Shown here one piece after another: positions 1 through 7,101 of a DNA stretch of 28,145 bases. Positions within the stretch are counted from its first letter, which is position 1. Each line of letters starts with the position of its first letter. The translations under genes and the position numbers were made by a program. This stretch comes from a virus (lineage: Duplodnaviria > Caudoviricetes): IMG/VR virus record IMGVR_UViG_3300026196_000020, positions 1 to 28,145 of that record; one strand, given 5' to 3'. Below the pieces are notes generated by a model. That model did not search any database, was not told where the DNA came from, and saw nothing but the letters and a program-made list of their open reading frames with translations.

Positions 1-1
1 G

Positions 2-109
2 CAGCGCGACCAGGGGCAGAAGCAGGGCAAGCCGAATCCTGCTTTCGATGCAAATAATCCTTTCAGCGACAAGGTTGATTGCGATGATGACCAGGATTTG
101 CCCTTCTGA
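2..109 (+). CDS. ssb: single-stranded DNA-binding protein, C-terminal fragment (truncated by window start)
   Basis: Frame 2 reads QRDQGQKQGKPNPAFDANNPFSDKVDCDDDQDLPF*, the acidic D..PF tip of SSBs; TGATG overlap with the next gene. Confidence 0.7.
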   Translation, partial: QRDQGQKQGKPNPAFDANNPFSDKVDCDDDQDLPF

Positions 110-495
110 TGAAGAGATTCATCTTCCGCCCCGACAACCGCTCGCAGATATTGCAGGTGATTGCCAACTACTTATCAGCGCAGGGTGACGCAGCCCTGCC
201 GCTGGAGGTGGTGGTGAAGCCATACAAGCGCAAGAGGACCGTTGAGCAGAACGATCTATACTGGACGCTTGTTTCAGCGATTGCCAATGAGACAGGGCAT
301 AGTCGAGATGAAATCCATGACTTATGCCGATACCGCTTTTTAGGCATGCGTTCAAAGGAAATAGCAGGCGTGACGGTTGAATATCTGCCGTCAACGACTA
401 AACTAAAGGTAGCGGAAATGTCGGACTACTTCACACAATGCGAGGCATGGGCTGCCGGTATCGGGGTCTATTTGCCGCCAAGAGGGTATGAGTGA
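109..495 (+). CDS. ninB: NinB/Orf-family recombination protein
   Basis: KRTVEQNDLYW and STTKLKVAEMSDY..CEAWAA motifs, 128 aa, next to ssb. Confidence 0.7.
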   Translation: MKRFIFRPDNRSQILQVIANYLSAQGDAALPLEVVVKPYKRKRTVEQNDLYWTLVSAIANETGHSRDEIHDLCRYRFLGMRSKEIAGVTVEYLPSTTKLKVAEMSDYFTQCEAWAAGIGVYLPPRGYE

Positions 496-827
496 TGTTG
501 AATGATTTGTTAGCTTTCCCGTGGTGGGCGCTGGCGCTAATGCTGGCAGGAGCTGCTGCGATCATTTGGTTGGTGGTGTGGCCCATTGCGTGGGTGGCGA
601 TGTACGGGGTTGGGAGCACCATCTTCCATGCACTCACGGTTGATTGGAGTAAAACAAAAACGAAGCCATTGACGCTGGCAAAGTACCTGCTATGGAAGTG
701 GCCGATTGCCGGAATGAAGGAGGCGTTGATTTGGCCAGCAGAAAGCGTTACTTCCGGTACGTGGAAGTGGACACCACTGTTTGGATACAGCAAAAGGGAA
801 AGGCTGATGGAGGTAGATGATGAGTGA
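492..827 (+). CDS. hypothetical membrane protein (probable domesticated cassette gene)
   Basis: Hydrophobic N-terminal segments; GTGA overlap with ninB; N-terminus LNDLLA is encoded by an attC-arm remnant. Confidence 0.6.
   Translation: MMLNDLLAFPWWALALMLAGAAAIIWLVVWPIAWVAMYGVGSTIFHALTVDWSKTKTKPLTLAKYLLWKWPIAGMKEALIWPAESVTSGTWKWTPLFGYSKRERLMEVDDE
497..515 (-). other. attC remnant (R''-spacer-L'' arm only)
   Basis: Minus strand AGCTAAC AAATC ATTCAAC, nearly identical to the arm of the complete site at 24909 (AGATAAC AAATC GTTCAAA). Confidence 0.55.
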
Positions 828-1185
828 ATTGAGAAAGCTGGCGGCGGAACTGGCTGAAGCTGCAAGAACGCATGATGAGACGCATCTATTCGATTCGGAG
901 ATAGTTGCAGTCGAGAAAGCCCTAGCCACCGAGCAGGAGCAAGAGCCTGTGGCGTTTGATGTTCGAGTTGGGCAATTAAAGGCATCTAATGGGACAACGC
1001 ATGTTGTGTCAGTAAATCACCCAATGCGAAGCAAGGATGCCGAGCCTTGGGATTATTCTGGCCACATTGAATTGTGGAATCTCGACGATAAAGAGCAGGC
1101 TGAACAAATGGCCTCAGACGTTCGCAAGGTGCTGAACATGGCTCCACTCTACGTCCACCCACGACAGGAGAACGGTGATGAGTGA
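817..1185 (+). CDS. hypothetical phage protein with EPVA...PLY modules
   Basis: GGAGG RBS; EQEPVAF and PLYVHP motifs typical of lambdoid early accessory proteins. Confidence 0.65.
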   Translation: MMSELRKLAAELAEAARTHDETHLFDSEIVAVEKALATEQEQEPVAFDVRVGQLKASNGTTHVVSVNHPMRSKDAEPWDYSGHIELWNLDDKEQAEQMASDVRKVLNMAPLYVHPRQENGDE

Positions 1186-1447
1186 CTTGAGAAAGAACGT
1201 GACGAAACAAACAGAAAACACTGAAACAGAAACCCGCGCCGACCTATCAGGTAAAAACGAGCGCCTTGTTATGCGCTGCCGCCTTGAAGTGATAAACGAG
1301 ATTCTTGGCGATTCGGTATTTTGGGAAGGGACTAAAGACGAAACCCCAGGCATTCGTAACATCCCGGGACGAATGGTTGCCGAAGCGGTGTTCAGGACCG
1401 GCAAAGAACAAAATATGGGCATGTGGCACGGATTTCCGTGCGCATAA
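1175..1447 (+). CDS. hypothetical protein, cassette-derived
   Basis: AGGAG RBS; stop TAA lies in the core GCATAAC; NERLVMR is encoded by an attC arm. Confidence 0.6.
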   Translation: MMSDLRKNVTKQTENTETETRADLSGKNERLVMRCRLEVINEILGDSVFWEGTKDETPGIRNIPGRMVAEAVFRTGKEQNMGMWHGFPCA

Positions 1448-1448
1448 C
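1268..1448 (-). mobile_element. gene cassette-like unit with truncated attC
   Basis: Perfect 9-bp inverted cores GTTATGCGC (1268-1276) and GCGCATAAC (1440-1448). Confidence 0.55.
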
Positions 1449-1464
1449 GAGAGGGGTAATTTGC

Positions 1465-1743
1465 ATGAATGAATTAGAAGTGATTGTAATTAGCGGGTTC
1501 CTAGCAGTGGCAGTGGCACTAATCATTGCCGTCATTGGTGGTATTGCGAATAGGCTTGAAGAAGATCGTGACGCAGCTCTAGAACGCGTCGCAGGACTGG
1601 AGGAGCAATTAGCTATCGCGTATATGTCCGGCGGCGCGGACATGCGGGAATCTTTACATAAGGAAAAGCAGCGCAATAAGGAACTGGCGTACAAGTTAAA
1701 CAGTGCTACCCGAAGGTTAAAGGAGGTAGATGATGCCAAGTGA
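1465..1743 (+). CDS. hypothetical membrane-anchored coiled-coil protein
   Basis: GAGGGG RBS before ATG 1465; one TM segment then a charged helix. Confidence 0.6.
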   Translation: MNELEVIVISGFLAVAVALIIAVIGGIANRLEEDRDAALERVAGLEEQLAIAYMSGGADMRESLHKEKQRNKELAYKLNSATRRLKEVDDAK

Positions 1744-2353
1744 TACCGAACAGCAGCGAATGAACATTGCGGCAGCGCGTGTGCAAGGTTGGGGTAAAGC
1801 GTTCGCACACTTAATTGTAGATGATGGGACGTTCAACATATTTGATGAGTCCAAACCATACTTAATGCGCGTGGTGAAGAAATTGTTCGATGAGTATGAG
1901 TTGGATATAAAGAAGCAGAACGGACAGTTTCTGTGGAGTGTTCGTTTCGCCGTTGGGCAGGGGTTTTGTGATGGTGTGGCGGACACGCTAGAACAAGCCG
2001 CAGGTGCAGCGGCAGAGTATGTGGCGGATACGCTAGGACAAGGACCGACTCAAGAAGTGTACGAGCAACGCATGGATGAGCTTGAGGCAGACAAGGACGA
2101 CCTGCTCATCCGCATGCAGAAAGACGCTGGAACATTAGATGAGGCATTGCATTGCCTGCGCCACATGGAGAGGCGCAACAAGGATCTGAAGGCGCATGTT
2201 GAGCGGCAGAAGAAAATCATATCTTCACTCCGGCACGCACTCCTAGGCGTACTTCAAGACAACCTGCCGATGGATGCTTGTCGAATGGAGCAGGTGAACA
2301 GAGCGCTAGATGATGACGAAGAAGCCGCCCCTGGCTCCAGCGCAGCGGCATAG
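1730..2353 (+). CDS. hypothetical protein with C-terminal coiled coil
   Basis: AGGAGG RBS, 207 aa, overlaps the previous gene. Confidence 0.65.
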   Translation: MMPSDTEQQRMNIAAARVQGWGKAFAHLIVDDGTFNIFDESKPYLMRVVKKLFDEYELDIKKQNGQFLWSVRFAVGQGFCDGVADTLEQAAGAAAEYVADTLGQGPTQEVYEQRMDELEADKDDLLIRMQKDAGTLDEALHCLRHMERRNKDLKAHVERQKKIISSLRHALLGVLQDNLPMDACRMEQVNRALDDDEEAAPGSSAAA

Positions 2354-2633
2354 ATTGATAAAATCATGTAAGATAAGTAAGTCTGTAATAGATTGCTCAA
2401 GGGAACAAGGAACGTCCGCTGGAGTACACGTTATGCAAAATTTTGTATTTGTTTACATCTTTAACGGTGATTACCGCTGCCTTGGAATTAATGAGGCGCA
2501 GACAATCGGGAAACAATTAATAAAAGAAGGCTGGAAGCACACTGCCACCTTGAACCCTGAAACATGGATAGAATTTATGTTAAATGGCAACGAAACACAG
2601 AGATTTGAGGCTATTGAGTCTATCTCTGCATAA
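2310..2633 (+). CDS. hypothetical cassette protein (start uncertain; in-frame ATG 2433 lies in the core site)
   Basis: AT-rich; GGAG before ATG 2433; stop lies in TGCATAAC. Confidence 0.55.
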   Translation: MMTKKPPLAPAQRHRLIKSCKISKSVIDCSREQGTSAGVHVMQNFVFVYIFNGDYRCLGINEAQTIGKQLIKEGWKHTATLNPETWIEFMLNGNETQRFEAIESISA

Positions 2634-2634
2634 C
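2430..2634 (-). mobile_element. gene cassette-like unit
   Basis: Perfect inverted cores GTTATGCA (2430-2437) and TGCATAAC (2627-2634); minus-strand arm GCATAAC GTGTA CTCCAGCGGAC resembles R''-spacer-L''. Confidence 0.6.
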
Positions 2635-2667
2635 ATATATTACACGTCAGATGTGGCGTATAGTCTG
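2630..2667. repeat. 38-bp direct repeat copy 1, putative attI/dif-like cassette entry site
   Basis: ATAACATATATTACACGTCAGATGTGGCGTATAGTCTG, 37/38 identical to 3413-3450. Confidence 0.9.
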
Positions 2668-2758
2668 GCCGGCTGTTATCCGCTCTTGGTGCGGGATTCA
2701 TCTTATTTTAGCAACCCGATCACTAGCGCATTGAATCACTGAGACAGAGGGAGAAGGA

Positions 2759-2911
2759 ATGACCGTAATAGAGTTGCAAGAAAAGCTGAGCGACCTGCCT
2801 CCAGATGCCACCGTATCTTGTGGCACGAATGGAAATGACGTGATTATTGTTTTCGCCATTCTTGGCTTTGTTGCCTTCGTCATATGGCTGGCACTGAGGG
2901 GTGATGAGTGA
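2759..2911 (+). CDS. small hypothetical membrane protein (50 aa, not in ORF track)
   Basis: GAGGGAG RBS; MTVIELQEKLSDLPPDATV followed by a TM segment; TGATG coupling to the next ORF. Confidence 0.55.
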   Translation: MTVIELQEKLSDLPPDATVSCGTNGNDVIIVFAILGFVAFVIWLALRGDE

Positions 2912-3063
2912 TGAGTGAAGATTACAAAAGAGCGAAAACTCTTGGGCTTACCGATAAATATAGGTTTATCGACGCTTGGAACTCACAGGCAGACGAATCC
3001 AATCAGTGGCACGAACTTGACACCGATGAAGGATTGGGAAAATACAAACATCTTCCTGAGTGA
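2911..3063 (+). CDS. small hypothetical protein (50 aa, probably a truncated chimera)
   Basis: MSEDYKRAKTLGLTDKYRFIDAWNSQADESNQWHELDTDE...; coupled start. Confidence 0.5.
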   Translation: MSEDYKRAKTLGLTDKYRFIDAWNSQADESNQWHELDTDEGLGKYKHLPE

Positions 3064-3088
3064 CTTCGAGGCTACGGATTGGGTTTAC

Positions 3089-3168
3089 GTATAACGAATT
3101 AGCTTAGCGGCTGGCGCTTTCTGCCAGTCCGAGCGACCAAAGGGAGCGCTTATAGCGCCTTATTATAC
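3089..3168 (-). other. attC-like recombination site (80 bp, one core degenerate)
   Basis: Minus strand GTATAAT AAGGC GCTATAAG...CGGACTGGC-loop-GCCAGCCG CTAAGC TAATTC GTTATAC; imperfect hairpin with extrahelical bases; R'' reads AAT instead of AAC. Confidence 0.65.
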
Positions 3169-3185
3169 GTTTTTTGGAGATAGCA

Positions 3186-3416
3186 ATGAAACTCAGAATT
3201 AAGCATGTAAAGAATGTTGGCTACTTTGGGCAGGTGAAAGATGGTTTTCTTTCTGGCTGGAAAACTATTGGCAAACACACAAGCGGTTACGGGCTTTACC
3301 CAAACAATCACGCGGCGCATCCGTTAGAGACTCAGCACGCGGCGCTTGAGAGGTGTAAGTTATATGAACAATGGGCTTACCACAACGCGCAGGAGCCGAC
3401 ATATTTTTACGTATAA
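3186..3416 (+). CDS. hypothetical cassette protein
   Basis: GGAGA RBS; bracketed by TTATACGT (3163-3170) and ACGTATAAC (3409-3417). Confidence 0.65.
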   Translation: MKLRIKHVKNVGYFGQVKDGFLSGWKTIGKHTSGYGLYPNNHAAHPLETQHAALERCKLYEQWAYHNAQEPTYFYV

Positions 3417-3450
3417 CATATATTATACGTCAGATGTGGCGTATAGTCTG
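3413..3450. repeat. 38-bp direct repeat copy 2, putative attI/dif-like site at the convergence of transcription
   Basis: ATAACATATATTATACGTCAGATGTGGCGTATAGTCTG; internal hairpin TATACGTCA-GATG-TGGCGTATA. Confidence 0.9.
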
Positions 3451-3471
3451 AACTGTTCGATTGTCTTGACG

Positions 3472-3843
3472 CTACTTGCCTAGTTTGCCGACCATGTGCG
3501 CAGCAAAGTAAAAACCGATGATAATCATAAACGGCGTAGTCACTACATCTGCCATGTACTGAGCAGCGAACTTTGCAAATGTGGTATGCTGTAGTGCCTG
3601 CGCCGCTAGAATTGCAAGACCCACTGCCATCCACATAAAAGTAACAACAATGGCGATGATGCGCCTAGCAATGTTCTGACCTTGCGTCGCCTTCATCCAC
3701 TCCAGCTTGAAGTCCAGTATCTTCTGATTGGCAACGGACTTTTCCTCATCAGTAAAGAACAGGGCATCAGCCCCCTTCATTACGCCATCAACAATCTTGT
3801 TGGTCGTGTCTCCACCACCGAATAAACTTGCCAGCCATCCCAT
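3472..3843 (-). CDS. holin-like membrane protein (GTA 3TM holin-like)
   Basis: DALFFTDEEK motif, two C-terminal TM helices, directly downstream of the endolysin. Confidence 0.65.
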   Translation of the reverse strand: MGWLASLFGGGDTTNKIVDGVMKGADALFFTDEEKSVANQKILDFKLEWMKATQGQNIARRIIAIVVTFMWMAVGLAILAAQALQHTTFAKFAAQYMADVVTTPFMIIIGFYFAAHMVGKLGK

Positions 3844-3844
3844 A

Positions 3845-4297
3845 TCAGCCTCCCGTACTCATTATTCCATGCTCATAGTGTACGCCATCCTTGGAAAAGA
3901 AAGCGGTCTTGCATTCTCTGCGGTTGCGGCCTTCCTTGTGCGATACATGCACCCATTTACCCTCATAGATCAGTTGGTCGTACTCAATATCGCTTGTAGC
4001 AATCCACTGAGCAACTTCTAAAGGGGTATGTCCGAAAATGTGGAAGTCTGCCGCCTGACCCCTGGTGTGCTGTGATGCCGGATGACTTCCGATAGCTGCA
4101 TTCAATTCCTGCGAGCGGTAGCCGGATGTGATGATGATAGGCTTGGCATAGTGCGCCCTTACTTTCTCCAGCACATTCTTGCACAATGATTCTGCTGCCG
4201 GAAAGAACTGCGGAGGCAAATGGTTATCAATGCACTTCCTTTCCGCTGTCTCGCTTGCTTCAAACTCTGCGATTGTGATGTGTGGTGATAGATGCAT
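3845..4297 (-). CDS. endolysin, peptidase M15 family
   Basis: ITSGYRS..LN, SQH..GQAADF and WVHVS zinc-binding motifs. Confidence 0.85.
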   Translation of the reverse strand: MHLSPHITIAEFEASETAERKCIDNHLPPQFFPAAESLCKNVLEKVRAHYAKPIIITSGYRSQELNAAIGSHPASQHTRGQAADFHIFGHTPLEVAQWIATSDIEYDQLIYEGKWVHVSHKEGRNRRECKTAFFSKDGVHYEHGIMSTGG

Positions 4298-4298
4298 A

Positions 4299-4619
4299 TT
4301 AAAACCCCATCTTTGCGCGTAGCCAGTGGAATGCAGATGGAATAATAAAGGCTAATGCTGTGAAGATAAGACCAATAACTGCCATTACACCAGCCCAAAA
4401 ACTAAGCTGGCTGGCTTTCCATTTTTCCAGTGTGGACACACGTTCTTGAATTTTATCTGCGAACTTCTTGAAATGCGCTATCGCTTCAACTATGTCATTA
4501 GAGATTGATTCATCCCTGCTATCCATAGCGATTATTTTTTCTTTCATAACAGCAACGTCAACGCGAATGTCTGAGATTATTACGTCGGATGATTTATGCT
4601 CATGACCTTCATTTCTCAT
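4299..4619 (-). CDS. coiled-coil protein with C-terminal TM helix, lysis-module membrane protein
   Basis: RVSTLEKWK followed by a hydrophobic helix; upstream of the endolysin. Confidence 0.6.
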   Translation of the reverse strand: MRNEGHEHKSSDVIISDIRVDVAVMKEKIIAMDSRDESISNDIVEAIAHFKKFADKIQERVSTLEKWKASQLSFWAGVMAVIGLIFTALAFIIPSAFHWLRAKMGF

Positions 4620-5247
4620 CGCGCAAACCCCACCACAGAGTCACACAGTTATTTCTCCATGCCCACATTTCACCCACCTTAGCATTCAATTTATTTTCAA
4701 CCTTTTCGCTGAACTTTTTGCCAGTTGCAATAATCAATGAATCGGATGGAACGCGATTTACTACGGTGAACTCACCATGATGGAAGCCATACACCTTACC
4801 ATTGCACCAAACAGCCGATCCTTGAGTAGCGCGACCCCAAAGCGATAAGATGAATCCTAAGAGGCTATGAGGCTTTTTCGTTACCCTATACAGCATTCCG
4901 GCCTTCGGCTTCACTGAGGCTATATCGTAGCTTCTGAACCATGCATACAGCAGCCACGGCATGAAGATTGCCACGTTTGCAATCAGCAATGCCGTATTGA
5001 ACGCGCCATTAGTGAGATATTGGACTAACTCCCACCATTCAGACAACATGAAAATGAAGGCAATATTTTTTGCAAGTAAAAAAGTGTACGGAACCAGCCA
5101 AACGATAAGCATAGAAATCACGGCCATCTGTAACAGTAGGCCAATCACATAAGCATCATATTCATTCAGGCCAATGCCTGAAAAATGCAAATTGCCTAGA
5201 GTCGTGTCCAGGATAACGAAACAGGCAAGCGCATATTTATGGTTCAT
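4609..5247 (-). CDS. multi-TM membrane protein with soluble C-terminal domain
   Basis: About four hydrophobic segments then a domain ending WAWRNNCVT. Confidence 0.65.
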   Translation of the reverse strand: MNHKYALACFVILDTTLGNLHFSGIGLNEYDAYVIGLLLQMAVISMLIVWLVPYTFLLAKNIAFIFMLSEWWELVQYLTNGAFNTALLIANVAIFMPWLLYAWFRSYDIASVKPKAGMLYRVTKKPHSLLGFILSLWGRATQGSAVWCNGKVYGFHHGEFTVVNRVPSDSLIIATGKKFSEKVENKLNAKVGEMWAWRNNCVTLWWGLRDEK

Positions 5248-5318
5248 TTAAACCGGCCATCTTTGCCGCGTTTTATCGGCTTCTTTGGCGGGCGGGGTTT
5301 AGTTGCTCCTACAGACAT
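5244..5318 (-). CDS. 24-aa basic Pro-rich peptide (not in ORF track)
   Basis: MSVGATKPRPPKKPIKRGKDGRFK; RBS TAAGGAGGTGATC; TAATG and ATGA overlaps on either side. Confidence 0.65.
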   Translation of the reverse strand: MSVGATKPRPPKKPIKRGKDGRFK

Positions 5319-5428
5319 TAGATCACCTCCTTACCAAGTAATAGCATTGTGCTTTTAATTTCATGCACATCTTGGCTCATTGCATTCTGTGTGGCTTCCA
5401 TCGCTGCTATCTTTGCTTCCATTTCCAT
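5318..5428 (-). CDS. 36-aa hypothetical peptide (not in ORF track)
   Basis: MEMEAKIAAMEATQNAMSQDVHEIKSTMLLLGKEVI; TAAGGA upstream; fills the gap in the operon. Confidence 0.45.
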   Translation of the reverse strand: MEMEAKIAAMEATQNAMSQDVHEIKSTMLLLGKEVI

Positions 5429-5460
5429 TTCATCTGATCCTTATCCAGTAGATTTATCGT

Positions 5461-5919
5461 TTACGGCCATAGGGCATTAGTCGCGATGTCATACGCATCG
5501 ACTGACGCAACATCGGGTAGCGCCGCAATCTCGGCTTCGATTGCATTGCTCGCATCCCTGATCGGTTGCAATGTTGACTGGTCATAGGCTTCTATGGCTG
5601 CGGCTTCATCGAGTTCGGCTTGCGTCGCCGTTCCGTTGGTTTTGTGATTAAGAAGCAGCGCTGAGCGGGCAAGCGTGTGCATCTGCCTGCTTATAGGCAT
5701 CACGGACCCAATGCGCTGGAAAGCCTCGTCCTTAACCACAGCATGCTTGGCTGCGATGCTTGCGGGTAGTAGTGCCGCGTCGATATCAACCTGCAAAGGC
5801 TGCGGCCCGAGTTTTACTTCGTCCCAATACTCGATGTATGGTCCGTTACCATCATCCCGTAGCCCAAAATCATTTTCAGTTGCTGTGGGGTATAAATATT
5901 TAATTGAGAGATACATCAT
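5461..5919 (-). CDS. tail fibre assembly/chaperone protein (XkdW-like N-terminus)
   Basis: IKYLYP..F.LRDDGNGPYIEYW...GPQP motif; follows the fibre gene; AAGGAGG RBS. Confidence 0.65.
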   Translation of the reverse strand: MMYLSIKYLYPTATENDFGLRDDGNGPYIEYWDEVKLGPQPLQVDIDAALLPASIAAKHAVVKDEAFQRIGSVMPISRQMHTLARSALLLNHKTNGTATQAELDEAAAIEAYDQSTLQPIRDASNAIEAEIAALPDVASVDAYDIATNALWP

Positions 5920-5925
5920 GCCTCC

Positions 5926-7101
5926 TTAGGCCATCATAAAGCCTGAAACTTGGGTTTCACCATTTCCAGCCACGAGGCCTCTATTGAGAGTTGTTGATTG
6001 GTAAACGTAGAACTCGAAATAGTCAGATGCATTCGTGACGTTGAGGCTAAATGTAGCGCTGAACCCTTGAGCTGAGGTGACACCAGATACATAATCTACG
6101 TGCTTATGTGTAGAGCCGTTCTTATAGATAAAAAGTTTAGAGAACGAGCCACCATCGAACGAGTTCCACTTAAGGTTAATTGTGACTAATCCGTGTCCAG
6201 TAACTCCGGGTGTCCACCTATAATTTGTAACACTATCAAATGTCGCATCGACATCGTACTCTTCGGTCGCCAGTTGCAGCTTAGTATCTGTGCCTACGCT
6301 AATGGTCTGAGCAGAAGAGAGATATGCAGAAAAATGCTTTCTGGTTCCAGCAGCATCAGCATATGCCGTTGTAGCGAGTTTAGTTGAATTGTCACCGGAG
6401 GTTTGCGTCGCGCCAGTGCAATTATCCATCGCTCCGGATGCTGCGGTGCCGAGGGCAGGGGTTACAAGTGTGGGGCTGTTGGCGAATACGGCAGAACCGC
6501 TTCCAGTCTCATCAGACAGCACACCTGCCAACTGGGCGGAGGTAGTTGCGGCGAATTGGGAGAGGGTGTTGGTGGTTAAAGCGACATTGCCAAGGTTGAT
6601 AAGCTGAAACCTTGACCCATCATAGCGAACAACATGCACCATTCCTGACTTAATATCTCCAGCCGCAAGAGCGGTTGTGCCTAGCTTGGTGATAGACTTA
6701 GCACCTAGCGAGCTGATGTTGATCGTTGCCGCTCCTGTGTTATCTCCAGCAGCGATAAACCCAAACATCTGACCAGCAGCATAAGCGGCAGGCGTGGGGG
6801 TAGAAGTAGCCGTGATGGTGTCAGTTCCAGCAACCGTTGATAACTCAATCAAGCCATTCTGTATCTGCGCTAATGTTCCGGCATCCGTTAGGTTCGTCCC
6901 TGCTTTCAATCCGGTCAGTTTATTCGTACCCATCGGGATATCAGATGTTGCGGCAGACTGCCCATCACGGTTAAGGCAAAGATTTAGCGCGGTCTGAATG
7001 TCCGCCATAAGCGTGTTGTGCGTTGTAGAGGATATAGTAGTGCCTGTTACAACTGGTTGCCCTGCTGGAAGGCTGTATGTTCCCGAACCGTTAAATGCCA
7101 T
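5926..7101 (-). CDS. tail fibre protein with C1q-like C-terminal domain
   Basis: MAFNGSGTYSLP anchor typical of podovirus fibres, Thr/Ala/Gly-rich shaft, FSAYLSSAQTIS...FD...YRWTP C1q-like pattern. Confidence 0.8.
   Translation of the reverse strand: MAFNGSGTYSLPAGQPVVTGTTISSTTHNTLMADIQTALNLCLNRDGQSAATSDIPMGTNKLTGLKAGTNLTDAGTLAQIQNGLIELSTVAGTDTITATSTPTPAAYAAGQMFGFIAAGDNTGAATINISSLGAKSITKLGTTALAAGDIKSGMVHVVRYDGSRFQLINLGNVALTTNTLSQFAATTSAQLAGVLSDETGSGSAVFANSPTLVTPALGTAASGAMDNCTGATQTSGDNSTKLATTAYADAAGTRKHFSAYLSSAQTISVGTDTKLQLATEEYDVDATFDSVTNYRWTPGVTGHGLVTINLKWNSFDGGSFSKLFIYKNGSTHKHVDYVSGVTSAQGFSATFSLNVTNASDYFEFYVYQSTTLNRGLVAGNGETQVSGFMMA

Noticed and set aside
1-20. Similarity of the window start to the reverse complement of the window end as a terminal repeat
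   Set aside because: Only a short gapped match (CCAGGGGC), and both ends lie inside truncated genes
2630-3450. 38-bp direct repeats as a CRISPR array
   Set aside because: Only two copies, about 745 bp apart with genes between them, and no cas genes
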